Positions 24,468-36,300 of a DNA stretch of 64,000 nt are shown here, one piece after another. The stretch lies in assembly GCA_030141605.1 (NCBI GenBank), contig JAQGDQ010000692.1, positions 15,489 to 79,488 of the forward strand, given 5' to 3'. Source of the stretch: Tubiluchus corallicola. Lineage: Eukaryota; Animalia; Priapulida. Within the stretch, counting starts at the first letter, position 1. Each line of letters opens with the position of its first letter. The position numbers and the translations under genes were made by a program. The notes beneath the pieces were generated by a model. It ran no database searches. It was given only the letters and a program-made list of their open reading frames with translations, and had not been told where the DNA came from.

Positions 24468-27400
24468 CTTTCTCTCTCTCTCTCTCTCTCTCTTTCGTAT
24501 TTAATTTTTATTTTTCTATTTCATTTGGGGCCACCAAATTCACTTCGCCTAGGGCCTCCAATTACCTAAGGCCGGCCCGGCATTCAAATATATATAGAAA
24601 CTGTCGATAATAAAGTCGATAAGCACTTTTGTATGGCCAATGAGCTTTTGCTAGTTTTATGTCATCTTAGTTCGCGTTTAAGCACTACAAAATACGTAGA
24701 AACAAGGTACCTATTTGTTTGTAAGCAGGTACGTTTGTGATGCGTTAATACGCTAGCATAGCAATTTTGCTTTGAATCTGTTACCCGCTCCCCCATGCAA
24801 TAAATCTGATTATAAAAGAATTTCAAGAAGCTAAACATTTAATCACTTGTCTAGAGGTATGCTTTGAGTATATTTAGGCATTACTTCGATTCTAAAATTC
24901 ATTAAAACCCTTTGCAGTGCATATTTATCAGATGATTCATACTGCTGAACCAGTAATACCACACCCATCGGTTAACAGATTCAGTCCGTTAATTTGGTCA
25001 AAACACTTCAGTCCTAAAGTTAGTCTATTAAACGGCACCTACTGTACTAGCAAAACTCCAACAATAGCAAATTTATTAGTTTTGTTAGACACTGGCTATT
25101 CAAATAAAACGTCCCTCATAACAAATCAAACCTCTGCAACAGAATTAAGAACAATGTTTAAAATCCCAATTTTGCAAGCACATAAAGACTTCTACACAAT
25201 CTTGTTTTTATATAAATACATCAACAATATTAACACGCCCTTCATCAAAAATAAGCTTCCACTCCTCTTGGAGCCAACATTAAATCCAAGAACACACAAT
25301 ATTAAACAAATACGCACTAATAACAAATACGGCAACAATTCTATCACTAAACAAGGAGTTCAACTTTGGAATACCCTGCCATCAAATTTAAAACAAATCA
25401 AGTCTTTCGACGAATTCAAATCAAAATTAAAAACACATACATTAAATCGTTTTGAAAACCCAACATACGTAAACGATAATATATATTCATCCACAAATTT
25501 CATTTACCCGCGTCCATTTTAAATTATATGTATATATTGTATATAGTCTATTATAATTTCCGTGTAATATTATAATGTATATTTTGTTTTAAATTTTTGG
25601 CACAGTAGTTTTTAGTTTGCACTGGACGCATTTGCCTTTAACAGTTGTGTGAATTTTATTCTCATGCTGCGATGTTCTTTTATGCTTTTATAGTTGTGAA
25701 TATCGATTTTTTATGGCAAATAAAGATTATTATATATATAAATGAGACATTCTTCCAAATACCTGAGCATTTTCAATCTTCACTTCATATCCTCGTCGTA
25801 GCACCAAATCAAGAAGCTTAGCATGATCCAGATGAGGATTCCGAAGCAGTGCCTGAAAAGGGCAAGTAAAGAATGAGCGAATTAAAAAACTTGGAATTTT
25901 GAGATAAAAGAAAAACTTTAGCCTTCGTGATTACATTAAGAATTCATAACAAAATTCAATGTTATATGCATTATATGAAAAGAAATATTTCAAAAGCATT
26001 GAGAGTAACACAATTTGATAATGGTAATCACCTGCATTCTTTTTCCACAGTAATCTTAATAAAACGTGACTATGCTCAACAGGTTACTGAACACTTTATA
26101 ATCATGATCACAGTTTTTCTTAGTTCTCGCTCCATTTCATCTTTCATTCACTACTACCCCAACTTTTATGTATATATTATCATTATTTCAATTATTAATC
26201 ACTTCTTTAAGATTTCCACGTACAGTTTGGCCTGTCAAGCTATACTTTTAGGCTCAAACTATAGGCATCAAAATTATTCTGTAATGTAATTTGCACATGT
26301 ATATGCTGCATAAGAATCTCTTTTGTAATTTCTGGATAATATTTCATTTACATTTATATTTATTCAGTGAAATTATCTGTATTTTTATTACAACTGTTAG
26401 ATGCAGAGTGGAAATGAATAAACTTATAACTTCAGTTTTGACCTTTGCATTACAAATACAGAATAGCAAATTATTTTTCATGCCGAATTTCAAATGATTA
26501 AAATTTACCCTACGTATCGGAACCTTAAACAAAACATAACAGAAAATGATGACGATGATGACTATCATGTCTGTAAACACTTAACATACAAAAAAACCTG
26601 CTTGTGTAGTTATTACCAGAGTTTGATGGAGTAAAGTTTGATGTCATCTAAACATGAGTCAGTTTTTACACTGACAGTTTTTGTTTGTCAGTTTTAGTAT
26701 GACAGTTTAAAAACTGATGGTGTAAAAGGTACAGAAATGCATACTGGGGTTTGAATCCCGACTTTATAGTTTTCATAAAATAAACTGTTAAGCTAATTGT
26801 TGTCTAAGCTGATAGGTTTATTCACTTACAACAGTCACTACCTGTTGAATTTTCACAATTTCACAGTTCAAGCAAGGAATCATAACTATTCAAGTGCTAT
26901 ACAAACTACCATGTTTACTAAAAGTTTTCAAAAATGAAAAAAACATGCTCCCTCCACTATAGGTTTAAACTTTTAAAAGATTACTATAGCATACTGCATT
27001 AATACCAAAATGCTATTATATCTATCCATTGCTGGATATCGTAAATTGCCCCACAATAGCAAGGTATCTTAACTATCAATAATGTGATTTTTCATCAAAT
27101 TAAAAAATATTTCAAAGCTGTACCTGTTGCAGCAGATCCACAGACCTTCCAAGGAGCTCCAAATCAATTTTTTCCGTACCAATTGCAACTGGCACTTTTG
27201 CAAGGGCTCTTACCTGCCTGTCCAAATCTTGATAGTAAGAACGGTGCTTTGCTTGCTTATAAATCTGAGGAAAATAATTTTACAATGTGCCAGGTGACTA
27301 TGACAGTAAACAGAAGCATGGATTGAAAGAAGCCAATAAAGTTACCAAGAAATTTAACTCCTTCAGGACAATAATCATTTGCTGCATTTTGCATGCGTTC

Positions 27401-30400
27401 ATGAAAAACTGCTCTCACTAAGTAGCGATTACATTACATTTGATCATTTTTGTAGGTTTCTACTCCTCACATAGATTTTCATGCAAAATTATAGGGTGTA
27501 TAAGAAATGCATTTACTTATTTTATACAAATTAAAATCGATTTTTGATAGAAAAATTGAAAAAAGCTTCCACTAACTGCAGCGTTTGCACTGTAACAATG
27601 TACAGTATCGCTCATGTGAAATCTGCTAATGAAGAAAATTGCAACTATCCAGACACAACACTCTGATAAACTTTGGCCTCAACTCTTCACTATTTTTAAG
27701 GAGAAATTCCTGATAAAAGGTAACACCACCTTAATTTGTTCTTGACTGATCGTTTGATTTTTCCTGGAACTCTGTTCAGCAAACAGCTCTCTTGGGCTGT
27801 AGTAACAATGTAGTGTGTACGATCTTGCAAGTGTAAGCCAGACTAAGCTTTTCAATAGGCTAGGTTAAAGTGCCTGAAGAGGGCGTGTTTTACTCAGTTT
27901 TATCGAATTAAATTACTTATAACTGTTTAAACAAATGGCATGATTGGATAGCCAAGATTCTTGTGAACAGAACAATACCTAATTTGTAATCATTTTGTTA
28001 TATCTGTGCTCATACAGTAACAGAAAAGTCATAGGTCTTATAAGACCTATTTTCAATGATACGTTCTTACCCAATTTTATCTAATTAAATTACTTATAAA
28101 TGTTTAAACAAATGGCATGATTGGATACCAAGATTCTCGTGAACAGAACAATACCTAATTTGTAATCATTTAGTTATGTCTGTGCTCATACAGTAACAGA
28201 GAAATCAAAGGTCTTATAAGACCTATTTTCAATGATACGTTCTTACTCAATTTTATCGAATTAAATTACTTATCAATGTTTAAACAAATGGCATGATTGG
28301 ATACCAAGATTCTCGTGAACAGAACAATACCTAATTTGTAATCATTTAGTCATGTCTGTACTCATACAGTAACAGAAAAGTCATAGGTCTTATAAGACCT
28401 ATTTTCAATGATGCGTTCCTGAAGGAGTTAAGAAAATTTGAGGTGCCGCACAATGCTTAATTTTAATTTAGCAAATCAGTAGATGACTTCACCATTAACT
28501 ATACAGATGCAAACATGATTATATTAATAGGTCGTAGTTGCCTAACTGAAGTTCAGCAATAATATTAACAAATAGCTCTGCCAATTTTACTCTTGTATTG
28601 TGCATAATTTTATCACAGAAATCAGTTACAGACATGGCATACAGTTATGAGACTGAACTTTGTAAAATCACAATGTGGTAGATCAATAATTTTTGCAAAC
28701 ATACATGAGCAGATTTTTAAAATACTATTACTAATCTTATGTCACCTAAATTAGTGACAGACAGCACATCAAATATACAAAACATTATCTAGCAATCAAG
28801 TCCAACTTTCAAAAATCAGAAAAGTTTGTGCCAATCACTTATATTGATCGAGCCACCAAATCTGGCACATAACAGATAAAAAATCAGTGAGCATCATTTA
28901 AATTTTGTAACGTAAGTCTGCTAGCTTTGGTACTTCCAAGTTTGTGAAACAAAATGTGCATCATTCAGTTCTGCTTTTGATCTTGATAGCCCTGATGACA
29001 GAGATTAGCAAGTACACAAACAACACGGTGCCTGTTGCAATGTACGTCCATATCACAGTGTTCTCTTCGGGCATGAAACATTTGCTGACAACAACGTTAC
29101 GAGGCGTGAACCTCACTAGCAGGTAAGCAGGATTGTTGCGATTTCTCCAGCTAAACGAGGGAACTGTCCATTCGGGAGTTCCGTCTGGATGAATCACGTA
29201 ACATCCATGGTGGGTGTGTCCCGTAAAAATGGCTCGAGGCTTCAACAAAGAAAAAATTTTTTCCGTTGCTTCTTTCGACAGGCATTCCCACTTTTCTCGA
29301 AAGTTTTCAGATTTTTCTTCCACCGATGCAGCATCTGGGCCAGTGCAGACTTCGTCGGAAGGTCGATACATGGGAAAATGCTGCATAACAACGGGATTCG
29401 AGTAGGAAGCATTTAGCATGCCAGTGCACAGGGATTCTCCATTTTTGGCACAGTTTAGCACCTTTGACAATGATTCCAATAATTTCACAGCTTCAGAACA
29501 CATGTCGCATTTGTCTCCCTCCATTGCCATACTATTTATCAGCACGAATACATTTTCTTTGATGGTAACATATTTAACAGACGGAGTGGCAAAAGTTTTC
29601 TTAAACCGTTTATACAACTGACTATTGACAGCATAATAATGAAAGCCAATATCATGATTGCCCATCACAACATAGAGTGGTACTTCCTTGGGCAGATAAA
29701 ACATGCTGTAGAACCGGTCTACAGTTTTCTGAAACTCCTGCGCACTCGCCCACTGCCCTTCGTCGAAGAGATCGCCCAGGACAAAAACTACCTCCGGCCG
29801 ATGAAGCACAACTGCCGTTTGGAAGGATCGCCACATTTGCCACTCACGGCGTAACTTGTCCCACCAATGTCCACGTCGTGAGCCAAGAAGATGCGGATCG
29901 GCAAGAATTAGACCATCAAGAGATGAGACATTTGTTTCAATCAAGGGCCATGAACACTGGATCAAAACGAGGTAATAGATGAACCACTCATTGCACAGAA
30001 AGACAGCAAACGCTCCAAAAGTTAGACGAAATACAAGTTTCTTTACGTATGTTTTTTGGAGACGCATTTTGAGAACTGTCACTCTCCAAAATAATCTTTG
30101 CCCGATTAAATTTTAAACTTTGCAGCAATAAGAAGTCATCTTGGCCTATCATCAGGTGTTATGATACATTTCCTGCAGAGAAATTAGTGTTACTATACTT
30201 CAGTTTTGCGCTCTTTATTCTCTCGGTAAATATTAAATATTCATCTAACCTTCAATAACAATTCTCAATACAGGGTTTATGTCCAAATTATTCTGATTAA
30301 TTCCACTTCTATTAATTTTCAGGTAACATGCCTAAGCTTAATTTTGCACATAAATTGTTTTAAGGAGATAAAATTAAAGTGTAAATTGTACATACAATTA

Positions 30401-32168
30401 CTATAAGATATAGTCTTACACTCCAACTTTGCAAACCAGTTAACAAAAGAATTTTAATAGTTATATTAATATGACACACAAACAATAGACGGTGTAGAAA
30501 GACCTCGCGTAATGCAATCACATTTAGCGATTAATCATTTTAAAGTTTAAATAATGACTGCTTAAATTTAACAGTGATGTAGTATTCGTAATACACACTG
30601 ATATATATATATATCATATAATGAGTTCATGAAACTGTGGGTTTTTTTAAAAATGGCAAGGATCCAGTAGTGTGCACTGTGTAAAGTTCAGTGCCATCTT
30701 TTGGTGGACAAGTGAAGCATAGCATATACTTGTTTTTTATACAGTAAAATGGCGTTTACCTGGCTTCCCGGATGCGTATACGTTATGCGGAATAGATTTA
30801 TATACTGGTTTCAAATCTATCCGTTTATCAGCATTATTTTTTTCTGCAGCTATTTCACACCTATTATATGTAGCTATTCTGTAAGAGCGCAGCACATCAC
30901 GCATATACAGTCTGGATAACAAGTAAATGCCATTTGCTAATTCATTTCTTTGTTTCTGTCATTGATTCATGGAATTTTCGTCCTCTCTAAATTCATAAAC
31001 GTGTGTCCTTATCGTCACTTAAATCACATCTAAAAAACACTTGGGTTTCAACAAGCACCCCAAATATTATTCTTGAAGTGACCGTAGACTAACTGTTCTT
31101 TAAACGTGAATGTGGGTTGGCTCTTCTCAACTAAAATGTGAACTAGTCACACAGAATGTAAAAACTAGGATGGAACCCCCTTTTAACTACCCATAGATGC
31201 GGTGCCCCTTTTGAAACAATTAGCCATTTTCTAATTATCTGCCTGCTATATCACCAGACTCGAGATATATTACTAAGCAAACTCTGTACTTTGTTAATTC
31301 CTCACAATATTAGAATTTATAATCTGTCAACAAATGAACTCGTTTATCTGCTTCTTCATGATAATCAACACTTAAATACAACTGCTAACATCCAAGTATT
31401 TAAACTTGTACAGAACTTTATATTTCTAACTAAGTGCTTCTAACCATTGTATTAGTTTATAATGTTTATATAATAATATTAATGTCATCTCAACATTATG
31501 CTATGTATGTATATATACTGCTAGTAGTCGTATTTACATGCTTCAACTGTTTGTTTATTGTCTGCACTCTTCTAAGTATACGTAAAACATATTGTAATCT
31601 TTGTTATTCAACAAACCTATATTTAAATTAAACTAACTAAACTCCATTTTACACCGAATTACAAAAAATAATGAAAAATTATCTATTTGCTGCTGTCATT
31701 TAGCGACTTATGGCCTTGTGGATTTAAGCACACATCTGTTAACAGTGATATGGGTACATTCATGTTCATTTATGCACCCCAAGCGCATTATAAAGCATCC
31801 GATTTGTTTGACTTTGGAATAATTCAAAGTGACATTTGAGTAAAAAGCAGAACTCTTTGAGTTAAGCACGCTCAACAGCACAAATTCCACACAAGCAAAA
31901 ACTTCTAAAAAGCTGAATTTACATTAGCCATATACTACTGACTGATCAACTAGGTGTGAAAGGATCCTAACATATTGGAATTATTAATAGTAACTATTAA
32001 TCCGAGTATTACTAGTAAAAGACTAGTAAGTACCTGCTCACAATAAGTAGCCCACTGGAAGGCATTCCTCACACTATTTTCATCATACGTGATTACTGCA
32101 TTAGTCCGTGACGCCTGCAAAATTTCTAGAAAAGTGTAAACATTTTTGAGGATATCTGCCAGTGACAT
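17039..32168 (-). CDS. FANCF: Fanconi anemia group F protein homolog, 8 exons (32168-32034, 27264-27124, 25852-25763, 24232-24057, 22541-22484, 21097-20976, 19590-19450, 17237-17039), 1062 nt = 353 aa
   Basis: All 7 introns are GT-AG with matching phases (0,0,0,2,0,2,2) and no internal stop. Recalled similarity to human FANCF: FLEILQASRTNAVITYDENSVRNAFQWA ~ FSELLAVSSTTYVSTWDPATVRRALQWA; MKAQARLL ~ MKTQAELL; FLKTWLL ~ VLVHWLL; C-terminal TLWKDV ~ SIWTDL. Confidence 0.82.
17267..17790. repeat. Dispersed repeat family C (inverted copy about 42300-42755)
   Basis: TGAAAAGGTCAAAGGTTAAGTGTACCAGACAACGC here; its reverse complement near 42683-42717. Internal inverted repeat TCAAAGGTTAAGTGTACCA / TGGTACACTTAACCTTTGA. 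Confidence 0.75.
17883..18092. repeat. Tandem duplication, 2 x about 105 bp
   Basis: AGGCTCATCCACTAGCAAC...GAATGCAGAACAACA present twice. Confidence 0.85.
18260..18830. repeat. Dispersed repeat family D (inverted copy about 35430-35935)
   Basis: ATAAGTCGGCAATTAAGCTTTTCTAGTTATTC matches the reverse complement at 35878-35908; spurious ORFs share FKSxRWL and RSKMT. Confidence 0.75.
18830..19280 (+). mobile_element. Degenerate CR1/L2-group LINE 3' end in FANCF intron 7
   Basis: GPYIWNSIAPAIKNANSLSIFKK remnant, 3' stem-loop near 19130-19166, AATAAA then A-tract. Confidence 0.65.
20028..20955. repeat. Complex GTAATCAGTAAC/GATTAC repeat array ending in a CAGTGATGGG-type terminus (expanded subterminal repeats of a TIR element)
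   Basis: Modules AAAGTAATCAGTAACGGATTACACTTACT with higher-order periodicity; minus strand begins CAGTGATGGGTTCGTTACTTTT at 20955. Confidence 0.85.
21857..22417. repeat. 33-bp minisatellite, about 17 copies, FANCF intron 5
   Basis: Unit TGTACAATAATTAACAATCATAATCATCCACAT. Confidence 0.95.
22885..23767. repeat. About 55-bp minisatellite, about 16 copies, FANCF intron 4
   Basis: Unit TTAGAAATTACACAGTTAAAAAAACAATTAAAAATACCGAGTCATAAAATCTGTT. Confidence 0.95.
24324..24495. repeat. (CT)n microsatellite
   Basis: Direct observation. Confidence 0.95.
25100..25742 (+). mobile_element. 5'-truncated non-LTR retrotransposon (CR1/L2-group) 3' end in FANCF intron 3
   Basis: ORF tail RTNNKYGNNSITKQGVQLWNTLPSNLKQIKSFDEFKSKLK is typical of the CR1/L2 ORF2 C-terminus; AT-rich 3'UTR ending AATAAA plus (TA)n. 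Confidence 0.75.
27890..28419. repeat. About 177-bp tandem repeat, 3 copies, downstream of MPPE1 in FANCF intron 1
   Basis: AATTAAATTACTTAT...GGTCTTATAAGACCTATTTTCAATGAT present three times. Confidence 0.9.
28961..30067 (-). CDS. MPPE1: Metallophosphoesterase 1 (PGAP5, GPI-remodelling), intronless CDS nested in FANCF intron 1; probable ATG 30067
   Basis: Calcineurin-like motifs ADPH, GDLFD, GNHD, HFP, GHTH; MPPE1-type DKLRREWQM and VPSFSWRNRNNP; N- and C-terminal TM helices and a basic C-tail. Confidence 0.93.
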   Translation of the reverse strand: MRLQKTYVKKLVFRLTFGAFAVFLCNEWFIYYLVLIQCSWPLIETNVSSLDGLILADPHLLGSRRGHWWDKLRREWQMWRSFQTAVVLHRPEVVFVLGDLFDEGQWASAQEFQKTVDRFYSMFYLPKEVPLYVVMGNHDIGFHYYAVNSQLYKRFKKTFATPSVKYVTIKENVFVLINSMAMEGDKCDMCSEAVKLLESLSKVLNCAKNGESLCTGMLNASYSNPVVMQHFPMYRPSDEVCTGPDAASVEEKSENFREKWECLSKEATEKIFSLLKPRAIFTGHTHHGCYVIHPDGTPEWTVPSFSWRNRNNPAYLLVRFTPRNVVVSKCFMPEENTVIWTYIATGTVLFVYLLISVIRAIKIKSRTE

Positions 32169-32460
32169 ATTTTAGACAGCAGTAACAGCCATAATAAAAA
32201 TCACTTTCAAGTCTTTTCCTTGCTTCAGCTGGTTCACATCAAGACATTAATCAGCTTAAACACCGTAAAGATTACGGACACATCACGATTTCAGTTTCAA
32301 TTTCAAAAATCAACGATTTACTCAGCAGGTATTTTCATAATGTCATTACCCATTACGCACTGCGGGCAACAACCGAAACTTTTCTGTACATGCAAGCTCG
32401 GTTTGCTCGCAAAAGATTACCGTACGTGCCGTTACCCATAGAAACCTGGTTTGTTTTAGA
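32169..32460. promoter_or_regulatory. Putative bidirectional promoter FANCF/NUDCD3
   Basis: Divergent genes; locally CpG-richer; CHR-like TTTGAAA on the minus strand at 32301-32307. Confidence 0.5.
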
Positions 32461-33350
32461 AGCTTTGATGATCATCTGAATGTTACTGACTTTTTGCATC
32501 GTGTCTTTGGTAATTATAATCGCCATTTTTGTTCCTTGGTAATAATTTGCCTGTATTTTATGTTAGTGGTTTATTCAGTATTTGTTCATTTATTAAAATT
32601 TTCATTTACACATGGCCCAAACTAGTACAAATGATATCGCATATGTTGCGTACTTTGGCAATGGACGTGTTGTTCTTTGTACAATTGAAAAGTGAATGAA
32701 ATTGTACGGTTTTCTTGCTGCCATTAAAGCAAGAATGAGAATGGGTCCATATATATGAAAATCTCTAATGTTCACGTGGCATCATTTAAACATATGCACT
32801 GATACTATTGTTTAATTCATTGTGATGGCAGTTTATTCAACATATCACTATTGTTAATAATCGGTTATGAGTAAGAAAAAACGGTTTAGCTTGATTTACA
32901 TTCCAAAAGTGTTCTTTCCACGATACAACTTGGAAATATAGTTAGATGTTTCTTGATATGATATTCCTGCTTTACCAATTACAATCTTTATGCAGAGCCC
33001 TAGCTGAAGTTGTGCATCTACCTAGATGTAATTTTCTCGAGCAGAGTTTGGGTTTCTGGGCGTTTTGGAGATTTAAAAAACCAAGAATCGTGAAGATTTT
33101 TTTCTTTTTTTAGAATTTAATGACACTTCTGCAAAATCTTCCTTATATGCAAGGTTATCATTATATGAATGAAATAATTTTGCCCATAGATATATTTTTT
33201 CAACTTTTTTCGTTTCTTGAGTTCCTGATAATTCTTGACTGCAGACGGTGAGATGCTTAACGCAAAACAATACCGTGTTATTTTTTTAATCTAAATTATT
33301 GTTGTGAATTGTTACGAATGAAGATACTTTATGTTATTAGTGATTCTACT

Positions 33351-36300
33351 ATGCCTGATACAGAGTGTTACAATGGAGCAGTGCGTAAGAACTATTCTTG
33401 GTCTCAGTCAATAGCAGATGTCGATGTCCGTATTCCCGTACCTGAATGTGTTAGAAGAGGGGAAGATGTACAGGTGGGTGTACATATGGAAACACGTCTA
33501 CACGTTTGTATATGCATTACGGATCACGCCTTACACATGGAGTCGTACCTTTACCATTAAACTTTCTTATAAATTTGTGAAAATTTTAAATGCTTTGTGA
33601 CTAGTTCTAGTTTTAGTTCTTTAATAAAAAACAAAAAAGGGAGTAACTATCTACTGAGAAACTACTTTAGTAGTTCAATGCAGTATTTAACTATTGAGGG
33701 CCGAATATGAGTCCTTCATCGGTGCAAAAATAAAAAAGCTTAAATTCACGAGCGACCTAGGCCAAGTTTTGATTTCTTATGTTAAAGCAAAACCGGACCC
33801 AATCTTAAACTGTCGATCAAAACAATCTGCGCTTTAGAATATTGAAAGGAAACATACTATTTTTTCAAAAATCACTTGCGTGAAATAATTACCACAGAAT
33901 TCACGTTTGCGCCACTAGTTCTTCGCTGGTACATGCATTTTGCCATTTGCTACTTAGACGGGCACTAGCACCTACATTTCGGAAATACAATGCACAAAAA
34001 CAGGTGCTGTACCACGCAGTTCAGATGTGTTACTTTGTGATGCACTACACATGTTCAACAATTCATGTGTGAGAACAGCGGTAAATTTAAAATTTGAATT
34101 TTTATCTTAAAACTTGCCTAATTTTAGCACAACACACTGAATCTGTTACAGTAGCACTGTACTTTAATTTTCGCTTTTGCAAATATGTGCAACACGCTCG
34201 TGGAATATTTTTGTGTTTGAAAATTATGCTAATTTGTGATGTCATCAATAGTTGGGCTTGCCCACTGTTAATTAAGATTTTAATCTATTATTTAATTATC
34301 AGAAACGCTTTTGCAGTATTAATTGTGTTAAAATGTAGATTTTTTTACTGGACTTGAAAATGGGCCAGTATATGAAAAGTGTCTTCTTTTAGAATACATA
34401 AATTACAGTTCAATTTCCGAGCTCAGTTTTACTTTTCTTTACAATCATTGTTACTGCAGGTTTCTATACAAGCGCAGTCACTAGATGTACATGTGAAACA
34501 CGACATCAATTTTGATGACGTTGTTTGCGGGAAACTGTGCTGGAAAATAAACAAGGAAGAATCCATGTGGACTCTACTGCCTGGAGAATGCATTCAAGTT
34601 AGTATTTGAAATACCCTCATATCTCCGTTTGCCAGACAAAAGCGGGAAGATGTCGGTCCGAATTGCCAATTGTCCATATTTACTGATACCAAGCTAATAT
34701 TATACGTGCCGTGTATAGACTCTTGGTAATGTAGAATCAATCGCCTAATTGTCTCAAAACCGTCTAGAGCTGGCCCTGACATACAAGCTGCATGCGTGTC
34801 ATTACACGCTGCTTGATTGCTCTGATGTAAACAATGTGACGACCTGCCAACTAGCGGTCAGCTCGTGAAACAACGGTCTGTGTCCATAGTATGCAGGACT
34901 ACTAACGGACCAGATTTTGTCCGATTTTTCCGATATCCGCAAATGCGAGGTCCGGTCAGATATGAGTGTGTTCTGTTTTCTAAATCCTTTTGCCTTTCAT
35001 TTACTAATAGTTCAGACCTTTGAATGAAAGAAAAATCCTTATCTGTGAGTGCTGATAGCTCATTATCATTGTCTACACATGAGGCCTGTTTTTGTTTGAA
35101 TAAATAGCTTTACACTCTGTTTAATATTACTTTTGCTATAGGGATTTTAAGACAGTAAAGTACAGATTGTAACATGCACTCTTGGCAAATGCAGTCAAAT
35201 ATGCAGAAATAAACAGTATTTTGAATCATTGACTCACTGTCTCCTGCACTTAAATTCTTGTTTCATACACGTGCTTTTAGTATGAAATCTTACCTTATAA
35301 GCGTGTGACCATATTTTCGTTGCCTATGTGTGTGCTTCCAAACCAAAACCGTCCACAAGTCAGCATAGTAAAAACTTAGTAAAAACAGCAACGTGTTATG
35401 ATGGTTCAAAGTAGAATACACCAAAAAAAATTTCAAATGTCAATTTTTTGTTTTTTATAAAATCTAATTTTATGACCCCAAACCCACTTTTATGGCTAGA
35501 AACCAGTAATGCAATTGTAAAAAAAAATTGTACTTCATCCTCCAATAGTAACTAACGGAAACAGTCATTTTGCTTCGGGTTTTTTTACATTGCCAAGCCC
35601 AGATCTTTGTCAGTAAGAGCCATCTACTAGATTTAAACATAACATTAATGTGTTCTTGCAAAGTCCGAGCAACTGACCTTTTGCACGGTTGTTTAATGTT
35701 TTGTAGAAACATGACAAAAAACAATGGCTGACTTTAGCAGTGATTTACTCAAGGTTACATTTCTCAGTGCATAGCCTGCACCTCAACTTCAACGTGGATT
35801 ATCTCAGCTTAGAAATAACATAGAGCGATGAGCTCGGTATCAAAATGATCCTCATAAAATGGAGATTCGGGATGCGTGAATAACTAGAAAGCTTAATTGC
35901 CGACTTATTGACGATTTTGCCATGCAAGCGCACATATACGAATTCGTTGAACAAGGTACGAATTCCGAAGTTGCATGAATGGGACATTTATGTTGCAGAT
36001 AAATTTGGCAAAGAGCGATGAACGATGGTGGGATGCTTTGTTGGAAGGAGAAGAAAAGATTGACTTAAGTGAAATCGATGCATGCAGGGAAAAGGACACA
36101 CTTTCAGCAGAAGAACAAGCAACTGTAGATAAAATGTTGTACGATCATCACCAGAAATTAAGAGGAAAACCTACAACAGAGGAACAGGTGAGTAGTAGGG
36201 CTATAACGATACACCTAAGTCACGATACAATACATATTGCGATATTAACCTCACGATAAGATACATATCGCGATACTAACCTCACGATACGATACATATC

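Noticed and set aside
24917-25522. 201-aa ORF as a host gene
   Set aside because: C-terminal remnant of a LINE ORF2, antisense within FANCF intron 3.
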